Of a DNA stretch of 49,403 bases, positions 8,148 to 17,369 are shown one piece after another (the first letter of the stretch is position 1; the number at the start of each line of letters is the position of its first letter). The notes under the pieces are model-generated. The model was not told the origin of the DNA. It saw nothing but the letters and a program-made list of their open reading frames with translations, and did no database searches. Position numbers and translations under genes: made by a program. Origin of the DNA: Erysipelotrichia bacterium (GTDB lineage: Bacteria; Muiribacteriota; Ozemobacteria; Ozemobacterales; Ozemobacteraceae); assembly GCA_009928855.1 (NCBI GenBank), contig SABV01000001.1, forward strand, positions 1 through 49,403, in the 5' to 3' direction.

Positions 8148-9665
8148 TTACGAACCAGTTAAATTTTCTTTTTTAAGTTCGCGAGCGCGGGCGATTTCAA
8201 CCTTGTTATCAATAGCCATTTCTTTGAGAACAAGAGTCTCTTTTTTGCTATCTGCAAGGTTTTTAAGCTGTTTCGCCGCATCATAAGCCTTGATTTTGTT
8301 CTGATCATCGCTAGTTTCCATCCATGCCAGGTCGCAACTGTCATACTGAGATTTTAAAAAATTCATCTCACTGACTTCTCTGGCGACCAGTTCTTCACAC
8401 TCTTTTGACCCAACAGCAGCGAGGCCAGAAGATTCAACTTCCTTGCGGATCTCAGCTTCGGTGCGGACAAACTGACTGATCATGGTCGTTGGCAATTCCT
8501 TGGCATCCTGGGCTTTTTTGCGATCTTCCTCCGACATTTCGGAAACCGCTTTTTCGATCTGGCGATCCATAACCTTCATATCATAAGCCCGCCTCTGCTG
8601 CTCGGCCTTTCTCTGAACAGAGGCGTCAGTGCTCTTTTCGTCATAAAGAGTTTTGCCCTTGAAGGCTTCTGTAATAAACTCTTTGTCAAGTGCTTTTACC
8701 TTGGCGTCAAGCTCCGCAACAATCTTGTCAGTTTTTTCAGAGGCTCTGTTACCAGAGCCTTTGGCCGGAATATTGCTGTCAGCACATTTAATATCATGCA
8801 GTTTATCTCGCAATCCTTCGACATCAGCGCCTTCTTCATTGGCGCCAAGGCCAAAAAAGAATCCCTGCCACCATTTTTTACCGGTGTCAACATTATCAAT
8901 ACGATCGTCAATTTCTTTTACGCCTTTTTGAGCATCAGTCATATTAACATTCTGCGTTTTTTCAAGATCTTTCAGCTGCGCCTCAGTGAGATCCTTTAAA
9001 GACTCTGCGTTCAGCTCATCGTTAAAAAAACTGCTATCGGCTGGTTTGCTTATTTCTTCGGCGACTTCTTTGGCTATCTCAAAGACTTCTTCTCGTTCTT
9101 TGTTTGCCAGTTTATAAAACTCATCACGAATAACAACCGAGGTATGCTGAGTGTATTTTTCCTCAATAGTTGTACCGGGCACAATTCCACCCATTTCAAG
9201 AGCAACGTCTACCTTTGATTCGAGATAAGATTCATTTTCTTTTTGCGACTCAGAAAGCTTTTTTCGCGAAATACGGATACTGTCAATTTTGTTAGAAAGG
9301 GATTTGCGACCGGCAGCGCCGATTCTTCTTAATATTGGCTTGTTGAAAACATACTTAACCTGCTCAGTCTTATCGGCAGAGAGCTTGGTATTGTCGGCAT
9401 CATCAACAACATAACGTGTAAACTCAAGGGTCATAGGATCTTCGGAGGCGGTAAAAGTTTCTGATTTTGCAGCTTTCAGGTCTGCCCTCAGCTGCGTAAG
9501 CACTCGTGATGCATCCTGCTGAAGAATTTGACGGGTAGTAGTTCTCGCAAGGTTTCTGCGAGTGCAACTCCAGATACCCATAGCGCCACCAAGAACCATT
9601 GATGCGAGCACAGCAGAAACAATAAGCTCTACCAGAGTTATACCACGGGTATTTTTACGAGTCAT
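8148..9665 (-). CDS. Prepilin-type (GspJ/PilW-like) pseudopilin with a long charged C-terminal extension, 505 aa
   Basis: Leader MTRKNTRG|ITLVELIVSAVLASMVLG has Gly -1 and Glu +5. The first ~190 aa parallel the 194-aa pseudopilin at 38303-38887. The remainder is E/K/D-rich. RBS is AGGAG. Confidence 0.85.
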   Translation of the reverse strand: MTRKNTRGITLVELIVSAVLASMVLGGAMGIWSCTRRNLARTTTRQILQQDASRVLTQLRADLKAAKSETFTASEDPMTLEFTRYVVDDADNTKLSADKTEQVKYVFNKPILRRIGAAGRKSLSNKIDSIRISRKKLSESQKENESYLESKVDVALEMGGIVPGTTIEEKYTQHTSVVIRDEFYKLANKEREEVFEIAKEVAEEISKPADSSFFNDELNAESLKDLTEAQLKDLEKTQNVNMTDAQKGVKEIDDRIDNVDTGKKWWQGFFFGLGANEEGADVEGLRDKLHDIKCADSNIPAKGSGNRASEKTDKIVAELDAKVKALDKEFITEAFKGKTLYDEKSTDASVQRKAEQQRRAYDMKVMDRQIEKAVSEMSEEDRKKAQDAKELPTTMISQFVRTEAEIRKEVESSGLAAVGSKECEELVAREVSEMNFLKSQYDSCDLAWMETSDDQNKIKAYDAAKQLKNLADSKKETLVLKEMAIDNKVEIARARELKKENLTGS

Positions 9666-9693
9666 TTCTCTGCTCCTGCATCTTACGAAATTA

Positions 9694-10158
9694 TCAATAT
9701 CTGGTTTCTGGATTAAAGATCAACGCGTAATCACGCAAACTTCTTTCGGGTTCGCCTTCTGCCGACTTGTCGCCTCTCTCGTGCCAGATAACTTCGGCAG
9801 AAAAAGCGAGCTCGACCAGTTGCCCAAAATCATTTTTAGAAGCCTTCATCGAGGTTTTCAGCCAGAATTCCTTCTCTGTTTTGAGTTCTTTGATGCTGTC
9901 GAGAGTATCAGGATAAAATTTTTCAGGAACGTCTACAGATGCTCCGCTCAGCAATTCCGGGCATTCTTCCTGATATTTTTTTATCGGAACATGCTTCACT
10001 TCTTCCATGAATTTGGCCAGCAAAGACGCAGCCCTCGCATAATTGCCAACCTTCACGGTTGAGACAGCATTTGAACTGACCAGATTAACAACCGGAATAA
10101 ACGCAATAACAAGAATCGCTACAGCGACAAGAACCTCTACCAATGACCAGCCACGCAT
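9694..10158 (-). CDS. Prepilin-type (GspI-like) pseudopilin, 154 aa from ATG 10158
   Basis: MRG|WSLVEVLVAVAILVIAFIPVV has Gly -1 and Glu +5. The ATG lies 5 nt after the stop of the upstream giant gene. TTG 10167 is an alternative start. Confidence 0.85.
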   Translation of the reverse strand: MRGWSLVEVLVAVAILVIAFIPVVNLVSSNAVSTVKVGNYARAASLLAKFMEEVKHVPIKKYQEECPELLSGASVDVPEKFYPDTLDSIKELKTEKEFWLKTSMKASKNDFGQLVELAFSAEVIWHERGDKSAEGEPERSLRDYALIFNPETRY

Positions 10159-10163
10159 AATTA

Positions 10164-13106
10164 TCAATCTACCTTCCAGGCGTTCCAGCGCGAAGAAAGC
10201 GCAAGATTATAACGCCTCGGGTCGTATTTACCAGTTTGTGGGTGCAAGCTGCCCAGCGAGGGTCTGAGACGCGAAGCAACATAATCAACCATCAACTCTC
10301 CACGCATGCGATGCTTGGCGAATTCATTCGTTACCCAGTTTCCCTGAATGTTGAGAGTAGTATTAGAACCAAGGTAAATACCACGATTGGTAAACAGAGA
10401 ACCTTCAAATACAAAGTCGCCGGCATCGGTCATTATCAGACCGCCATTGCGAACAACAAAACTGAAAACAGTGCTGCTTTCTGCCGTATCAACACACTTA
10501 ACGCTGCAGCCAAGGCTTACGTTACCTGAACATACGATCATTCCTCTGCCGGTCACATAAAAAGTATCGCCTTCAGGTGCTTTAAAAGGCTTACTATCAG
10601 TGCCAAGAGAGCCGGCAATAAAAGTTACACCATTCAGCTGCAGAGCTTTTTTGCCATCAATGGTAATCATGCGGTTTGGAAGGTCTTTTATAAAATTTTC
10701 AGCGTCGGCATAGTAATAATTTGATTTCTTGGCGTATTGCTCGGTCGCATAAAAATTAGCGGGCATATTGATCGTGTAATCGGGATCGTACATCGACATG
10801 GCAGCGTCAGCCGTGTCATCATCAGCATCATACGACTTCATAAACCACATATTGTAATCATATTTGTTTATTATCTGGTCAGCAAACCAGAATGGAACCG
10901 GGATCGGCGGCACAAAACACCATGGTGGGGGAAAGGGCAACAAGGGCAGGCGGTCTTTGGCGAACAATCCCACGATGGTAACATGCCACTGCCTGTATCT
11001 CTTGGCTACCATGCCTTCTATATCGCGGGAAAGGGTTGGATACCAGGCATTAAGACCGAACAGATGGGTTTTATTCTGCCCCCAGCCAAGCGTCGGAAGA
11101 GAGTAATAGCTGTTGCTGGTGCCCATCCAGGGCAGTTTCATGCGGGCAAAAGCATCCAGAGGAGGGTTCGAGCCTAATGTAACAGCTCCTTTGGTGAGAT
11201 CAGTAAGCGATGAACCGAAGGCCCTCAGAGCCATGCTGATGCCGAACGAAAATATATTCGAACTTATTTTTTCGGGATCAGGCAAAAATCTGATACTGTC
11301 AGCTTTCTTTTTAATGTAGTTTTCGTAAGAAAAAGAATGATCTTTATCTGTCCACCATTTGTATGAGTCATTACGCTGTTTAAGAGCGCTTTTCTGGTAT
11401 TGTTTACGATTTTCAATGTATTTGGGGTCTTTATGCAAAAATTTCGCATGTTTTGCTGAGATATCTGAATTAAGCTGAAAACCGTGCCTGACCGGGCCGC
11501 GGGAAAATTTCAATTCTTTGGGCAACGGGCTGCCCTTTTTAGTCTTCACATTTTTAGAGTTAATAGTACCGTCAATGTTATAAGACGCTTTTGAAATAAC
11601 AGCATCGTTTGTTTTTCCTAGCATTAAAAGGGCATCTGCGCCTGCTGCAAGATTAAGAGCAGTGTCGCCCAAACCGTTTTCGGCAAGTTTTGGCCCCTGG
11701 TAATGGCCCATTAGAGAGGTATTTATTACAAGAGGGGTGCCAGGGTTAGAGTCGCTGAAATCATCAGGTTTGAAATTTATTCTGACCTGACCGGCAATTT
11801 CTTTGCGGGCTTCGCGCTCTGCCTTGTTGAGAATTCTGCCGGCGCTGTTGTTTACGTAAAACTGACCCCCGTTGTCGTTAAAATTAAGACGATCGTTAGT
11901 GATATTGGCCAGAAAAAAGCTATAAAGCGGAGCCATTGGCATCACATCAGACACTTTAAAATCTTTTGTAGCCTCTATTCTACGCTCAGAAAAAGTACCA
12001 TCGTTAAAATTGATCCTGGCCTTCGAAGATACCTTGATAGTGCCATATTTTTCGACATAACGACTGTAATCAGCGGGAACTTTGACTCCCGATGGCCAGA
12101 GATCATCTGTCAGCATAAAAAAATCTTTACTGAACATAATTTTGATTGGGTACAGCTGTGGCTTATTGAGCAGTTTATGAAACAAAGCCCTCAGAATTTT
12201 ATCAAGCACAAAATAGTCTTTAACTCCAATTCCATCTGGGCAATTCATTGCATCAGCCAGCGAAGAACCCTTGGTAAGAGGCTTAACAGCCAAATCAATT
12301 ATAGGAGCCGGATCAATTGTGGCCAGAGTTATTTCGAGATCGACAATAGGCACCCAGACTTTGATCGGAATCGAAAAATTAAAAAGTGACAACCAGTCTG
12401 GAAATTCAAGAATAAAGTTCAGCATTCCTTTGTTTTCGAGAAAACCAAGCACGTCCTTGCGTGTCGAAAACTCACAGTCAATGCCGGGAACTTCATATTT
12501 ACCGGAAGGCAGATCTTTAGCATTGATTCGGTAAGCATCTTCAATTTCGAGAGCTACAGCAACATCAAAATCCTTTACTCTATCGCCGCCCGAAAAAGTA
12601 ACCATTTCATCAAGCCAATCCTGGCCTTGAGGCAGCAGACGCAGGTCAGCAAGAGTAAGTTCAGCTTTAGAAGGAAATCCTTCTGCTTCCATGACTGATA
12701 TATCAAGCCGATCGTCCTTGCCAAGCTCAGGGCTTGTCTCATTGGCAGCAGCTGTTTTAATCGGCAGAGGATAACGCAGCATAACGGCAAAATTACGAGA
12801 ATTAGCGGTTTTGTCGAAAGATTTTGGATCATTCATCGCTTTGCTCATAATATGAACAGCGCGATTTAATGCCGATTCAGCGAGCGAGGCAGCCTGGTCT
12901 CCGCCGAGAGAACGCTTGCTCTGTCTGGTTCTTTCGATGGTCGATGACCCAAAATAGACGGCGGCAATAAAAATGACTGCAAGAATACCTATAACTATTG
13001 CCAGAATATTACCAGACTTATTCAGAAAAAAGAATCGCGGCATTCTCGGCATAACAGGCACCTCACAATCTTTTCGCAAACTTTTAAAACTGTTCTTGAT
13101 GTACAT
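10164..13106 (-). CDS. Giant N-terminally anchored protein with GspK/PilX-like N-terminus, 980 aa
   Basis: The only hydrophobic segment is NKSGNILAIVIGILAVIFIAAVYFG (Gly then a helix, no Glu5, as in GspK/PilX). The C-terminal region looks beta-helix-like. It is paralogous to 40965-43253. RBS GGGGGA. The start lies 3 nt after the upstream stop. Confidence 0.8.
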   Translation of the reverse strand: MYIKNSFKSLRKDCEVPVMPRMPRFFFLNKSGNILAIVIGILAVIFIAAVYFGSSTIERTRQSKRSLGGDQAASLAESALNRAVHIMSKAMNDPKSFDKTANSRNFAVMLRYPLPIKTAAANETSPELGKDDRLDISVMEAEGFPSKAELTLADLRLLPQGQDWLDEMVTFSGGDRVKDFDVAVALEIEDAYRINAKDLPSGKYEVPGIDCEFSTRKDVLGFLENKGMLNFILEFPDWLSLFNFSIPIKVWVPIVDLEITLATIDPAPIIDLAVKPLTKGSSLADAMNCPDGIGVKDYFVLDKILRALFHKLLNKPQLYPIKIMFSKDFFMLTDDLWPSGVKVPADYSRYVEKYGTIKVSSKARINFNDGTFSERRIEATKDFKVSDVMPMAPLYSFFLANITNDRLNFNDNGGQFYVNNSAGRILNKAEREARKEIAGQVRINFKPDDFSDSNPGTPLVINTSLMGHYQGPKLAENGLGDTALNLAAGADALLMLGKTNDAVISKASYNIDGTINSKNVKTKKGSPLPKELKFSRGPVRHGFQLNSDISAKHAKFLHKDPKYIENRKQYQKSALKQRNDSYKWWTDKDHSFSYENYIKKKADSIRFLPDPEKISSNIFSFGISMALRAFGSSLTDLTKGAVTLGSNPPLDAFARMKLPWMGTSNSYYSLPTLGWGQNKTHLFGLNAWYPTLSRDIEGMVAKRYRQWHVTIVGLFAKDRLPLLPFPPPWCFVPPIPVPFWFADQIINKYDYNMWFMKSYDADDDTADAAMSMYDPDYTINMPANFYATEQYAKKSNYYYADAENFIKDLPNRMITIDGKKALQLNGVTFIAGSLGTDSKPFKAPEGDTFYVTGRGMIVCSGNVSLGCSVKCVDTAESSTVFSFVVRNGGLIMTDAGDFVFEGSLFTNRGIYLGSNTTLNIQGNWVTNEFAKHRMRGELMVDYVASRLRPSLGSLHPQTGKYDPRRYNLALSSRWNAWKVD

Positions 13107-13109
13107 ACG

Positions 13110-13940
13110 TTATCCCCCACTGCCATGTTGCATCATCGGCGGCATACTTACTGCCGGTGCCGGAAGATCAGAGGGAAACCACTCTCTGGTCTGATTTACA
13201 CTCTTCATAAAGTCTTCAAAACTGATATTATTGCCACTCATAAGATTTTCACGGGTAAGGTATTCTCTGACTTTGCCCGAATCAATCTTAGAAAGCTGTT
13301 CAAACATCTGATATGCTCTTGCCACATTATCTGCGAGGGGGCCATATACATGCTGCAATTTCTGCGCAGTTTTTGCATAGTTGGCAAAAGCCTCGCGAAA
13401 CTTGGCCTTGTCGCCATTCAACTGGTGGATTTCCATTAATCCTCCCCAGGCGTAAAGTTCTTTAAAATGGTTTGAACCTGCACTGTCAATAGCCGCCAGA
13501 AAAGATTTTTCGGCAGCAGCAAAATCACACCTGTCAAGAAGGGAGTTTCCTTCGCTCAGATACGGGTCATCTTCGGCTTCTATCATCTGCCTGGTATCAA
13601 GGGGAACATCTGAAGGAATAGAGCGAATCTTAGGAGCTGCCTGTATTTTTTGCCAGGCCTTGTCGAGTTCAGATTCAAGCTGCTCTGACCGTGGGGCAAC
13701 GGCAAGGGAGGTCTTTGACGGGGCAGAAGATGTTGTCTTGGCAGTAGAAGTCAGGTTAAAAGCAGACTGCCGGCCTATATCAGTAATTGAGATTCTTCTG
13801 GACGGAGAAGTGTCTTCATGCATACCAGAAAACCAGAAGAGGTAGAGCAAAGGAAGAACTAGAAGAACGCAGCCAAGAACAATCAATTTGATATCACTCA
13901 AATCGAGGCTTTCGAAGAAGTCTTTAAATTTTTCAAACAT
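13110..13940 (-). CDS. N-terminally anchored protein with TPR-like helical C-terminal domain, 276 aa
   Basis: TM IKLIVLGCVLLVLPLLYLFWF. GGAG lies 8 nt before ATG 13940 (GTG 13949 is an alternative). It is the first gene of pseudopilin module I. Confidence 0.75.
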   Translation of the reverse strand: MFEKFKDFFESLDLSDIKLIVLGCVLLVLPLLYLFWFSGMHEDTSPSRRISITDIGRQSAFNLTSTAKTTSSAPSKTSLAVAPRSEQLESELDKAWQKIQAAPKIRSIPSDVPLDTRQMIEAEDDPYLSEGNSLLDRCDFAAAEKSFLAAIDSAGSNHFKELYAWGGLMEIHQLNGDKAKFREAFANYAKTAQKLQHVYGPLADNVARAYQMFEQLSKIDSGKVREYLTRENLMSGNNISFEDFMKSVNQTREWFPSDLPAPAVSMPPMMQHGSGG

Positions 13941-13965
13941 CCAGAGCACTCCACATTTTCTTTTG

Positions 13966-13994
13966 ATTTTACACTATTTTCAGAATTATCCTAA
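13966..13994 (-). promoter_or_regulatory. Candidate sigma70 promoter of module I (TTAGGA-17-TAAAAT)
   Basis: Hexamers read on the minus strand, about 25 nt upstream of ATG 13940. Pattern match only. Confidence 0.3.
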
Positions 13995-14030
13995 GTGCTC
14001 TGCATCTTTATTTTAAGTTAGTGTAGCAGC

Positions 14031-14050
14031 TAAAACCCCTGCCGGGGCGG
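14031..14050 (-). terminator. Weak candidate terminator after the cyclase gene
   Basis: Minus-strand CCCC-GGCA-GGGG followed by UUUUA, 10 nt after the stop at 14057. The stem is short. Confidence 0.35.
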
Positions 14051-14056
14051 TAAAAA

Positions 14057-15709
14057 TCAGATTTCCGGGTCAGACGGCTGGTCCTGAATTATTTCTGCCA
14101 GTCTATACACTGTCTGGTCGGCAATCCCCTTAATTGAGATGTTTTTTTCGACGCTGTAGTTAAAGCGGTTCTTTGGCATACACGCGAAGGTAGCTTCATC
14201 AACAACAATTTCGCCGGCACCAGCGATTTTTTCGAGGCGCGAAGCCAGGTTAACGGTTTCGCCAATGGCGGTATACTCCATACGGGTTGTTGAGCCAAAA
14301 TTTCCGACGACGGCCTCCCCGGAAGTGATTGAAATACCCAGGCCAAGAGTGTACCCCTGCGGAAGCTGAAGATTTTTCTGAAAAAGATAAAATTTTTCCT
14401 GAAGACGAAATGCCGTGTAAACACATCTGAGAGCATCGTCCGCTTTCTCCAGCGGAGCGCCAAATATTACCATGATGCAATCACCCATATATTTGTCTAT
14501 AGTCCCATGGTTTTTCAGAATTAATGTACTGGCTTCTTCAAACCAGGTATTGAGAAGCTGTACGAGATATTCGATATTCAGTACGCCGGTAAGACGGGTA
14601 AAACCACGCAGGTCTGCCATCATGATAGTTACATTACGTTTCTTACCACCAAGCGTAGCAAGATTCTCGTTATCAACAAGCTCGCTGACGACCGCCGCAG
14701 AAACATACTTGCTAAAACTGGCCTCAATTTGTCTGGACTTTTTTTGCGCCGAATCGAGCATACTGATGCGCATTTCGTGAATAGAGCAGTTGTCAAGGGC
14801 CGAGGCCAGCACATAGGCCAGGGTTACAAAAAGTTGAGGTTCAAGATACTGGCGATTTTCAGGTTTTTGTTTGATCACTGCAAGCAACCCGATAACCCTG
14901 CCGTTCGCGCTCAGAGGCATAACAGCAGTAGCATCAAGATTTGCGCCGGGAATAAGCTGACGTAAAGAAGGCAGATTGGAGCGGCCTCCGATAACATTCA
15001 ATACGCCTTTTTCAGGGTCGTAGCTGTTCTTTTCCCAGAAATCGGGGGTAACCATTACAGGACTGATATTTTTATCGTTGAGCAAGCCTGGCCCGGCGAA
15101 AGGCACCAACATGTTGTTTTTGTAATCGGCAATAAAAACGACAGCTTTATCAACCTTAAAAAGCTGCTCAAGCACGTGATAAGTCTGAGAAACAATGCGA
15201 TTTTTATCCTTCATGCAACCAATCAGACTGAAATAGAAAAGCCGATGAAAACTATTTTCACGCGCGTCCTTGAGCTCAGCCTTTATTTTTCCAAAGACAG
15301 ATTCAGGAATAAAATCTCTCGCGAGACGCATATGATACAAACTCATTGCCGCGATAATTGCCGCCTGCAACAGAAATACCCACAAAAATTGCGCAATCAC
15401 GCCCTTAAAAAGCCCAACGATAAAGACCAGCGACATGTTTGGAAACGAAACGGCCATTGCCCAGAAAAAGAATTTATCTTCGACAATCAGGGCAATGGCC
15501 ATAAGCATTGCAATGCTCAGCGACAGGTGAATACTAAAATTCAAACTCTGGCTGCTCAAAAGACCATAGGCGTCAAAAACACCCATGACAAGCCCACATA
15601 CTACAGCTACGAGAAACGCATCTGTTTTAAGAGTTTTTATCAAGTTTTCTGTTGTCGGCAAACCCATGCTGAAATATGTATCCCTATATTTGCTTAAGAG
15701 CCCTTTCAA
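14057..15709 (-). CDS. Membrane-bound GAF-domain class III adenylate/guanylate cyclase, 550 aa (536 aa if ATG 15667)
   Basis: N-terminal hydrophobic helices, a central GAF-like region, and a cyclase core (VTIMMADLRGFTRL, GDCIMVIFGAP, YTAIGETVNLASRLE). TTG 15709 overlaps the ortB end by 26 nt. ATG 15667 lies 16 nt after the ortB stop. Confidence 0.85.
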   Translation of the reverse strand: MKGLLSKYRDTYFSMGLPTTENLIKTLKTDAFLVAVVCGLVMGVFDAYGLLSSQSLNFSIHLSLSIAMLMAIALIVEDKFFFWAMAVSFPNMSLVFIVGLFKGVIAQFLWVFLLQAAIIAAMSLYHMRLARDFIPESVFGKIKAELKDARENSFHRLFYFSLIGCMKDKNRIVSQTYHVLEQLFKVDKAVVFIADYKNNMLVPFAGPGLLNDKNISPVMVTPDFWEKNSYDPEKGVLNVIGGRSNLPSLRQLIPGANLDATAVMPLSANGRVIGLLAVIKQKPENRQYLEPQLFVTLAYVLASALDNCSIHEMRISMLDSAQKKSRQIEASFSKYVSAAVVSELVDNENLATLGGKKRNVTIMMADLRGFTRLTGVLNIEYLVQLLNTWFEEASTLILKNHGTIDKYMGDCIMVIFGAPLEKADDALRCVYTAFRLQEKFYLFQKNLQLPQGYTLGLGISITSGEAVVGNFGSTTRMEYTAIGETVNLASRLEKIAGAGEIVVDEATFACMPKNRFNYSVEKNISIKGIADQTVYRLAEIIQDQPSDPEI

Positions 15710-17087
15710 GCCAGTTCAGATCTTTTTTTACGTCAGCCGCTACAAATTCACGGTCGGCCTTGCTCCATTGTGCAGGATCAAGTTGTTTTGCAGCATTCTT
15801 AAGATACGAAATACGTAATTTCTCCATATCCTGCTTGCGTATCTTAACCTGTGCCAGATGTTCAGGAATCACGATACTGCGACCATTTACAGATTCTTCA
15901 GGATTTCCGCGACGCACTTCAATACCCATCTGTCTTGCAAAAGCCAGCTGAGAATTATGATGTTTGCCGGCTCCTGTGTATTCAGTTTCCTGAACTACAA
16001 TAATCTTGTCGCGATCCATTTCACGGGCCAAAGCAACAGCCCCCGTCAGACTAGTATTACCTGCAGGACCCCGTTCCATACCCTCAAGTTTGGCGAGCAA
16101 TTCGGTAACATAAAAAACCTCGCCCTGATTTACCAGAACGTAGTCATCCATATATCGCATGCTGCGTGCCGCATTGCGTGGAACATCGACGCGATCTGGC
16201 CATGTGGCAAACGGTATGCCAAACCCGGTGTGCCCGGTAGTAAATGATTTGCGGTTAAAGTCAGCGTCAGAAGCCATATGCAGGCCAGACAGATCTACAG
16301 AGCAGGCAACAACATCAGCATTACATTTGGCCGAGATAAGACCACGCGCTGTTCCAGTGAGATTGCCGCCACCCGCCTGAGTAATCATAACCACATCAGG
16401 GTCTTTACCTGTCATGACACGAATTTGCTGTGCTACCTCATTGCCAAGAGTTTCTACGCCCTTGATTCCAAATGGCGTATAAAGAGAGGCATTAAAAAAA
16501 CCTGTCTCTTCAAGTGTCAGCAACAGATAATAAAACAATTCGGGACCAACCGATAACTTTATTACTTCGGCCCCAAAAGCCTCGCATTTACGACCCTTTT
16601 CAACAATTTCGGGCTGTCCAATGCCTTTTGAGTCGAAAACTTCCTGAACGATAATGCACTTCAAACCGCGCTGCGCTGCCTGTGAAGCCACTGCTGCGCC
16701 GTAATTACCTGAAGTTGCCGCGATAAGCCCCTTATAACCTTTCTGAGCGGCTACATAAGCAGATATTGAAGCTCTACGCGCCTTAAAACTGCCAGAAGCA
16801 TTAGCTGCCTCATCTTTTATAAAAATGCGAGCGCCCTTGCCTGGTTCGCTTATTTTGCGAACCGCCTCAGTGAGGTTGCGCAATTCGAACATCGGCGTAT
16901 TGCCGACTTTTGTTTCGGCCTGAATTTTTATTATGTCTTCAAGCGAAAAGCCGCAATCGCTCATCATGCGTTCATAATCAAAAGCAATCCCGCCCTGACG
17001 ATAAACTTCGTAATCAAGCCCCATAGAAGACTTCATTATCTCATTTTTACGCGCCATTACTGCCTGATAAGATGTATCCCGACTCAT
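15684..17087 (-). CDS. ortB: 2-amino-4-oxopentanoate thiolase beta subunit (PLP-dependent, fold type II), 467 aa
   Basis: PLP-lysine motif SGSFKARRA and glycine loop SGNYGAAVA. The size, the N-terminus (SYQAVMARKNEIMKS) and the 4-nt overlap with an OrtA-sized upstream gene match the OrtA/OrtB pair. Confidence 0.8.
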   Translation of the reverse strand: MSRDTSYQAVMARKNEIMKSSMGLDYEVYRQGGIAFDYERMMSDCGFSLEDIIKIQAETKVGNTPMFELRNLTEAVRKISEPGKGARIFIKDEAANASGSFKARRASISAYVAAQKGYKGLIAATSGNYGAAVASQAAQRGLKCIIVQEVFDSKGIGQPEIVEKGRKCEAFGAEVIKLSVGPELFYYLLLTLEETGFFNASLYTPFGIKGVETLGNEVAQQIRVMTGKDPDVVMITQAGGGNLTGTARGLISAKCNADVVACSVDLSGLHMASDADFNRKSFTTGHTGFGIPFATWPDRVDVPRNAARSMRYMDDYVLVNQGEVFYVTELLAKLEGMERGPAGNTSLTGAVALAREMDRDKIIVVQETEYTGAGKHHNSQLAFARQMGIEVRRGNPEESVNGRSIVIPEHLAQVKIRKQDMEKLRISYLKNAAKQLDPAQWSKADREFVAADVKKDLNWLERALKQI

Positions 17088-17368
17088 AATTCACCCCCAA
17101 GACCGATGGTGAGCAATTCTTCTACTGTTTCACCAAAACTGTGTTCATAATGTGGCCTGACGACTTTCAGCTTACCTGAGATAAGCCTGCCGCAAAGAGT
17201 TTTTATAACGACTTCGTCACCCAGAATGGCGTCAGTAGAGAGAAATCCGGCTACCTTCATAACATATGGAGTTTTGCGGGTATCTTCAGGTATCTGCGGT
17301 GCCCGTTGTTCAGACGACAACAGAATTTTTTCGATTTCTACCCAGGTTCCAGCTTTTATTTTATCCAT
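17084..17368 (-). CDS. ortA: 2-amino-4-oxopentanoate thiolase alpha subunit, 94 aa
   Basis: Small protein with the motif SSEQRAPQIPEDTRKTPYVMKVAGFL, translationally coupled to ortB. Recognised from memory of the OrtA family. Confidence 0.7.
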   Translation of the reverse strand: MDKIKAGTWVEIEKILLSSEQRAPQIPEDTRKTPYVMKVAGFLSTDAILGDEVVIKTLCGRLISGKLKVVRPHYEHSFGETVEELLTIGLGGEL

Positions 17369-17369
17369 G

